In this document: piece after piece, positions 47,122 through 51,760 of the stretch
How positions within the stretch are numbered: the first letter of the stretch is position 1
Layout: each line of letters opens with the position of its first letter
Virus record (IMG/VR): IMGVR_UViG_3300024423_000004
Location: 1-51,760 of that record
Reading direction: 5' to 3' (one strand)
DNA from: a virus
Taxonomy: Duplodnaviria > Caudoviricetes
Length of the DNA stretch: 51,760 nucleotides
Position numbers and translations under genes: made by a program
Notes under the pieces: generated by a model
Databases searched by the model: none
What the model saw: only the letters and a program-made list of their open reading frames with translations
What the model was told of the DNA's origin: nothing

Positions 47122-47515
47122 AGAAAAACTTAAGAAAATTTTTGGAATAGATCAAAAAGAACAGATTATAATAAAAAAAGTGTCCAATGGATTTAACATT
47201 AGATTAAAAAAACGGATTTTTTTAAAGAAAAAAGAAAAGGACAATTTTACTAAAATATTAATTGATGCAGGACAAGATCAATTTATATGTAAAAAGTGTG
47301 GAAAAGTAGGAAAATGCCATCCTCATCATATTATTTACAAATCAAAATGTATAAAAAATAGAGACCACTCAATGAATGGTATTTTCATTTGCTTTGACTG
47401 TCATATTGGAAATAATGGAATCCATTCTCATAAATGGAAAATTGAAGAAATTATTGATGGGAATGTTATAAAAAAAATAAAGAATATTGTAGGAATATAT
47501 GTAGATGAAGAATAG
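47114..47515 (+). CDS. HNH endonuclease
   Basis: CKKCG...HHI..KS...N...IC..CH.....H motif. Confidence 0.78.
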   Translation: MDKEKLKKIFGIDQKEQIIIKKVSNGFNIRLKKRIFLKKKEKDNFTKILIDAGQDQFICKKCGKVGKCHPHHIIYKSKCIKNRDHSMNGIFICFDCHIGNNGIHSHKWKIEEIIDGNVIKKIKNIVGIYVDEE

Positions 47516-47623
47516 AATTTGTAGTAAATGTAAATTAGAAAAGGAAATAGTAGAATTCACAAAGATAAAAGAAGAAGTCAAGGTACACGTGGTGTTTGTA
47601 AAAATGTTCAAATGGAATTTCTA
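47505..47623 (+). pseudogene. Frameshifted zinc-finger (HNH N-terminal-like) remnant
   Basis: MKNRICSKCKLEK...EF continues as KDKRRSQGTRGVCK only in another frame. Confidence 0.45.
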
Positions 47624-47746
47624 AAATAAGATATATAAATGCAAGTGATGATATTTTGGAGGGTAGAAGAAAAAAAGTAAGAGAACTTTTGAAAAAATAG
47701 ATTTTGCAGAAGTTCTAATGGATGTTTTTGATGGTGTGAGGGTTAA

Positions 47747-48130
47747 ATGAAAACACTTTATTATGGAAAAAAGCACGACGAAATAAAGTATAAAGATTAT
47801 GAGATTATACAAGATGAAGCCAGGGACAAAGGTGAGAATATACTATGTTACGAATACGAAATTGATCATAAACATGGAAGTCCTTGGTGTTCAGAGAATT
47901 TAGAAATTGATCCCGAATGTAGCCGTGAATGTAATGATTATAATCCTTGTAATGGTAAAAGCGGAAAATGTAGGAAACTCAAAAAAACTCTAAAAGAAAA
48001 TGGAAAGAAATTTGTAATAAAATATGATAATGAATATTTTTATGCGCTACTAAAAAAGAACAAAAAAGTCAAATATGGAAAACAAACGAAAAAAAGGCAC
48101 AATAAAAAGGAAAAATATAAGGGGGAATAA
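47747..48130 (+). CDS. Cys-rich hypothetical protein
   Basis: WC...C..EC.DY.P.NGKSGKC pattern. Confidence 0.6.
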   Translation: MKTLYYGKKHDEIKYKDYEIIQDEARDKGENILCYEYEIDHKHGSPWCSENLEIDPECSRECNDYNPCNGKSGKCRKLKKTLKENGKKFVIKYDNEYFYALLKKNKKVKYGKQTKKRHNKKEKYKGE

Positions 48131-48661
48131 ATGAAAAGAAAAGATAACTATCCAACATTACCACATATAATATTTGGTCTGCTTGAAGAGGGTGGATTTT
48201 TTGTAACTTTACCTTTTAAGGGGATTTCATTAAATCAATATAGAAGGATGCATCATGGTCAAATTAAAAAAGAAAAATCATTATATAAGTCAATTTTAGA
48301 TGTAATTTTGATTTCTTCAATTAAGAAGAATTTTATTGGAGAATTTAATGAAGAAGGAGTAAAATTAAATTCATCACTTTTTAAAAATGAAATTGAAATT
48401 GAGTGGATTTTAAATTTTAAAGAAAAAAATACTCGTGATGTTTCAAATTATACACAAAAAATTGTACTCGATGCTATTGTAAAAACAAACATAATTGAAG
48501 ATGATAATTCTAAATATGTCTTGTCCGATAAAACAGTATTTGGTACTAAACAAATTGATAGTATTACTTGTATATTAATGGGTGAAATTGAAAATCATAA
48601 ATTTTTAAAGTATTTACCTAAAATTAAATATGAATATTTAAAAAAATCCTTGGAGGATTAA
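48131..48661 (+). CDS. RusA-like Holliday junction resolvase
   Basis: SLNQY and RDVSNY..K..LDA....IIEDDN motifs. Confidence 0.75.
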   Translation: MKRKDNYPTLPHIIFGLLEEGGFFVTLPFKGISLNQYRRMHHGQIKKEKSLYKSILDVILISSIKKNFIGEFNEEGVKLNSSLFKNEIEIEWILNFKEKNTRDVSNYTQKIVLDAIVKTNIIEDDNSKYVLSDKTVFGTKQIDSITCILMGEIENHKFLKYLPKIKYEYLKKSLED

Positions 48662-49087
48662 GTGTTAGATAAAATAGTATATGTAGCAGGTGCCTTGAGG
48701 GGTAATTTTATAAGAAAATGGTTAAATTTTAAAAAGATACATAAAATTTGTAAAAAATTGTGGTCTAACAATATTATCAATTATTCTCCTCATAAAAATT
48801 CAGGGTGGTTTGATAATAAGAAAACAGATGAATTTATGTTAGCATCTAATATTGAATTATTAAAGCGGTGTGATATTTTATTTGTAGTGGATAATTGGAA
48901 AAAAAGTAGTGGCACTATGGGAGAACTCATTGAGGCTATTCGATCTGGTAAAAAAATATATTTTGATATTGATGATTTAATAGAAGACCTTAAATATAGG
49001 AGATTTGATAGATCATTAACAATTATAGAACAAGAAGAATTGTTAATAAAAATAAGGAAAATAAAAAATCATAGAAACATATATTAA
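48662..49087 (+). CDS. DUF4406/DUF1937-like protein (nucleoside deoxyribosyltransferase-like fold)
   Basis: VYVAG, SPH, LL.RCD and W..SSG..GE..EA motifs. Confidence 0.75.
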   Translation: MLDKIVYVAGALRGNFIRKWLNFKKIHKICKKLWSNNIINYSPHKNSGWFDNKKTDEFMLASNIELLKRCDILFVVDNWKKSSGTMGELIEAIRSGKKIYFDIDDLIEDLKYRRFDRSLTIIEQEELLIKIRKIKNHRNIY

Positions 49088-49091
49088 TAAT

Positions 49092-49733
49092 ATGGATAGG
49101 AGTATAGTAATGATTGTTTTTGATTGTGAGACAGTAAGACCTATTTTAAAGAAGAATGAAAAACCAAAAGATCAATATGAATATGCTGAAAGTTGGACAG
49201 ATTATAAGGGCATGGGAATATCTGTTGTGTGTTTTTATAATTATCAAACTGGATGCATATTTGATCTTTTAGAGGATCATATTAAAGAAAAATCTGATGA
49301 ATTTTTATATGCTCAAAATTTAATAAAAGAAAATGAACTTATTGCAGGTTTTAATATAAAAAAATTTGATAATAATTTGATAAGAGAATTTGGAATAAAC
49401 ATTCCAGATATAAAAACTTATGATATATTAGAATTATTTTGGTTAGCAATTGGTTTGGACCCTAAAAATTTTAATCCGAGAACACATGGTGGATATAATT
49501 TAGAAAAATTTTTAAAGATTAATTTTCCTGATGGAGATATTCAAAAGACAATGAATGGAGTAAATGCCCCTTATATGTGGCAAGATGGTAAAAAAGATGA
49601 AGTAGTAGAATATTGTAGAAATGATGTAAAAGTAGAAAAGGCTTTATTTAATAAAATTTTTGAAACTGGTGGTTTGATAAATCCTAAGACTAAAAAATTT
49701 GTAAAAATGCCACTTCCTAGGGCATTTAATTAG
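49092..49733 (+). CDS. DEDD / RNase H-like 3'-5' exonuclease
   Basis: VFDCET, GFN..KFD and EYC.NDV exonuclease I-III motifs. Confidence 0.85.
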   Translation: MDRSIVMIVFDCETVRPILKKNEKPKDQYEYAESWTDYKGMGISVVCFYNYQTGCIFDLLEDHIKEKSDEFLYAQNLIKENELIAGFNIKKFDNNLIREFGINIPDIKTYDILELFWLAIGLDPKNFNPRTHGGYNLEKFLKINFPDGDIQKTMNGVNAPYMWQDGKKDEVVEYCRNDVKVEKALFNKIFETGGLINPKTKKFVKMPLPRAFN

Positions 49734-49741
49734 AGGGAAAT

Positions 49742-50266
49742 ATGAATAAAAAAGAAGAAATATATGAAAAGATAGGTAATTTGCGGAAAGATTTTGAATT
49801 AGAAATTGATAAGATTCTTATTGCTATAGATGAGAATGAAGTAATACAGAAGAAAAAAAAAGAAAGGTGGAAGCCTAAAGAAGATGAAATTTATTGGTTT
49901 GTTGATGCAGATGGTGATATAACAGATGTACCATGGTACAATAGGCATTATCATGAATGGTGCTACAATCAAAGAAATTGTTTTAAAACAAGACAAGAGG
50001 TAGGGGAATATAAAAGATATTTAGAGATAGAAGCACAGATAAGGTATATTGCAGATGATTTGAATGAGGGGAGAAAAGTAAAGTGGGGAGAAAATCAGTG
50101 GCATTATAAAATATGGTATGATCATGAAGATGGAGAAATTAGTGATGTTAAAACTAAAGATGTGCAGACTCCAGAGATTTATTGTTTGAATGAAAAATTT
50201 AGAAATATATGTGTAGAGAGAATAGGCAAAGAAGACCTTAAATTTTATTTAACTTATGAGAGATAA
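49742..50266 (+). CDS. Hypothetical phage protein
   Basis: RWKP...E.YW...NCFKT..E pattern. Confidence 0.65.
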   Translation: MNKKEEIYEKIGNLRKDFELEIDKILIAIDENEVIQKKKKERWKPKEDEIYWFVDADGDITDVPWYNRHYHEWCYNQRNCFKTRQEVGEYKRYLEIEAQIRYIADDLNEGRKVKWGENQWHYKIWYDHEDGEISDVKTKDVQTPEIYCLNEKFRNICVERIGKEDLKFYLTYER

Positions 50267-50268
50267 TA

Positions 50269-50487
50269 ATGAAAATCGATAAAATGATAAAAGAATATGA
50301 AAAATATAAGGAAGATATACCAGAAAAAAAAGTAAAAAAGGATTTAAGTAGTGATATATTTGCCGAAATAGATATAGAAGAGAAATCTTTGTTTATTAGA
50401 AATAAACATGGCAGTTATACAATTATTAGCCTAGAAGAAAGTAAAAAGTTATATGAGTTTTTAAAAGAATATTTCGGAGAAGAATAA
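50269..50487 (+). CDS. Hypothetical protein
   Basis: Coupled ORF. Confidence 0.6.
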   Translation: MKIDKMIKEYEKYKEDIPEKKVKKDLSSDIFAEIDIEEKSLFIRNKHGSYTIISLEESKKLYEFLKEYFGEE

Positions 50488-50849
50488 TGGAAAAAGAAGG
50501 GATAAAACACGATAAAGGGAAAACACGTTGGTCATTACTCCCTTTTGAAATTATAGAAGAAATAGTTAAAGTTATGGAGTTTGGTGCTGATACTTATGGA
50601 ATTGATAATTGGAAACAATTAAAAAATTTTAATGACAGATTTTTTTCAGCTTGTATTAGGCATCTTGTAAAATGGAAGCAAGGTAATAAAATAGATGATG
50701 AAACTAATTTAAGTCATCTTGCACATGCAGCAACGTGTATTATTTTTTTACTCTGGAAACAAAGTCAAGTTTCTGAAGAAAAAATATTGGATACATTTCA
50801 AACAATACCAAAAGAGATGATATTTCAAGAAGATGATGGAGAATATTAA
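50487..50849 (+). CDS. DUF5664-type dATP/dGTP diphosphohydrolase
   Basis: G.KHDKGK.RW.LLP, V.EFGA..YG..NW, A..RHL and D.ET.L.HLAHA motifs. Confidence 0.82.
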   Translation: MEKEGIKHDKGKTRWSLLPFEIIEEIVKVMEFGADTYGIDNWKQLKNFNDRFFSACIRHLVKWKQGNKIDDETNLSHLAHAATCIIFLLWKQSQVSEEKILDTFQTIPKEMIFQEDDGEY

Positions 50850-51610
50850 TGAAAAAAGAAGAAAAAGAAGCATTATTCTGTATGAAACTTGCTCAAATTG
50901 CATATCATGGAGAATATGGTAAGAATGATATTAATAAAAAAATTCATAATTATAAAGAATATCGTATAAAAAATACTGAATTTTTTACATGTAAAGATTC
51001 AAAAAATGATTTTTATATAGTTTTTCAAGGTTCTAATAATTTAAAAGATTGGATCGCTAATTTAAAATTTTTAAGTGAGACTGATTCACAATTGGATATG
51101 GAAAGTTTAGAAAGAATTGGTACTGATTTTAAATTTCATAAAGGACATTTAAAACAATGGCATGATGTAGAAGATTTTATCTTTAAAAAATTAATTGAAA
51201 ATGGATTTATTCAAAATATTAATAAGATTTACTTTACAGGACATAGTTTAGGTGGAAGTTTAGCTGAAATAGGTTCTTGTATTACTGCTAAATGTTTCCC
51301 TTTTTTAAAAGAAAAATTAGTAGTTAGGTCTTTTGGTGCTAATAGAAATATGGGTTGGAAAACAAAACATTGGTTTAATAAAAATGTAATGGATTGTTAT
51401 CGTTATGTTAATGGTGATGATATTGTGCCTAAGATGCCACCTAATTTAATTGATCGAATTGGATTATGTCACCCAGCTACAAAAAGAAAGATAGGCAGAA
51501 AGGAACCTTGGTGGAAATTTCTTTTACCTATTCATAATATTAAACATGACATTGAAGACCATTATCCACAGGCATATATTAAATCATTAGAAAATGAGGT
51601 TATTAAATGA
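50849..51610 (+). CDS. Class 3 lipase (alpha/beta hydrolase)
   Basis: F.GS...DW..N, H.G, TGHSLGG nucleophile elbow, D.VP.MP and terminal DH. Confidence 0.88.
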   Translation: MKKEEKEALFCMKLAQIAYHGEYGKNDINKKIHNYKEYRIKNTEFFTCKDSKNDFYIVFQGSNNLKDWIANLKFLSETDSQLDMESLERIGTDFKFHKGHLKQWHDVEDFIFKKLIENGFIQNINKIYFTGHSLGGSLAEIGSCITAKCFPFLKEKLVVRSFGANRNMGWKTKHWFNKNVMDCYRYVNGDDIVPKMPPNLIDRIGLCHPATKRKIGRKEPWWKFLLPIHNIKHDIEDHYPQAYIKSLENEVIK

Positions 51611-51634
51611 AAATAAAGAATATAGAAAAAGCAG

Positions 51635-51760
51635 AAAAATTAATGATGCAATTGAAAGTATTAAATAGATTAGAAGGACATGAAGAATTATTTGAAAATC
51701 AAGGTCGAAATTTTCCAAAGGAATCACTTATACAAGAAAGGAAACGAATAAAAAAAGAAT
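51635..51760. repeat. Terminal direct repeat, right copy
   Basis: Identical to 4-129. Confidence 0.93.

Noticed and set aside
311-51610. Stop-codon reassignment
   Set aside because: Standard-code ORFs tile the genome densely, and TAA, TAG and TGA all end recognisable full-length genes.

Overview
This window is an apparently complete, circularly assembled ~51.6-kb AT-rich phage genome with a contractile tail (myovirus-like). Positions 4-129 are repeated at 51635-51760, giving a unit length of 51,631 bp. The layout has four parts. (i) A + strand packaging, head, neck, sheath, baseplate and fibre module (311-29928) carries an accessory insert with a ferredoxin, a stand-alone NrdD glycyl-radical tail, tiny membrane peptides and an amidase. 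(ii) A short - strand operon (30015-32604) sits behind a perfect sigma70 promoter and holds a type II hammerhead ribozyme, a sigma-like protein and an astacin lipoprotein. (iii) A structured non-coding control region (32600-34230) has nested long inverted repeats, repeated TGTCCGATA motifs and a tRNA-like shell wrapped around an HNH gene. (iv) A + strand replication and nucleotide module contains a PurZ/PurZ0-type enzyme, SSB, intein-split RecA, primase-helicase, dUTPase, a DnaE-type family C polymerase, nucleases, a putative dATP/dGTP diphosphohydrolase and a class 3 lipase. The strongest candidate for a new system is a 2-aminoadenine (Z-base) pathway coupled to a family C polymerase, with no recognisable DpoZ or DatZ. 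No integrase or CRISPR array was seen. All calls come from motif reading by eye; no database search was run.
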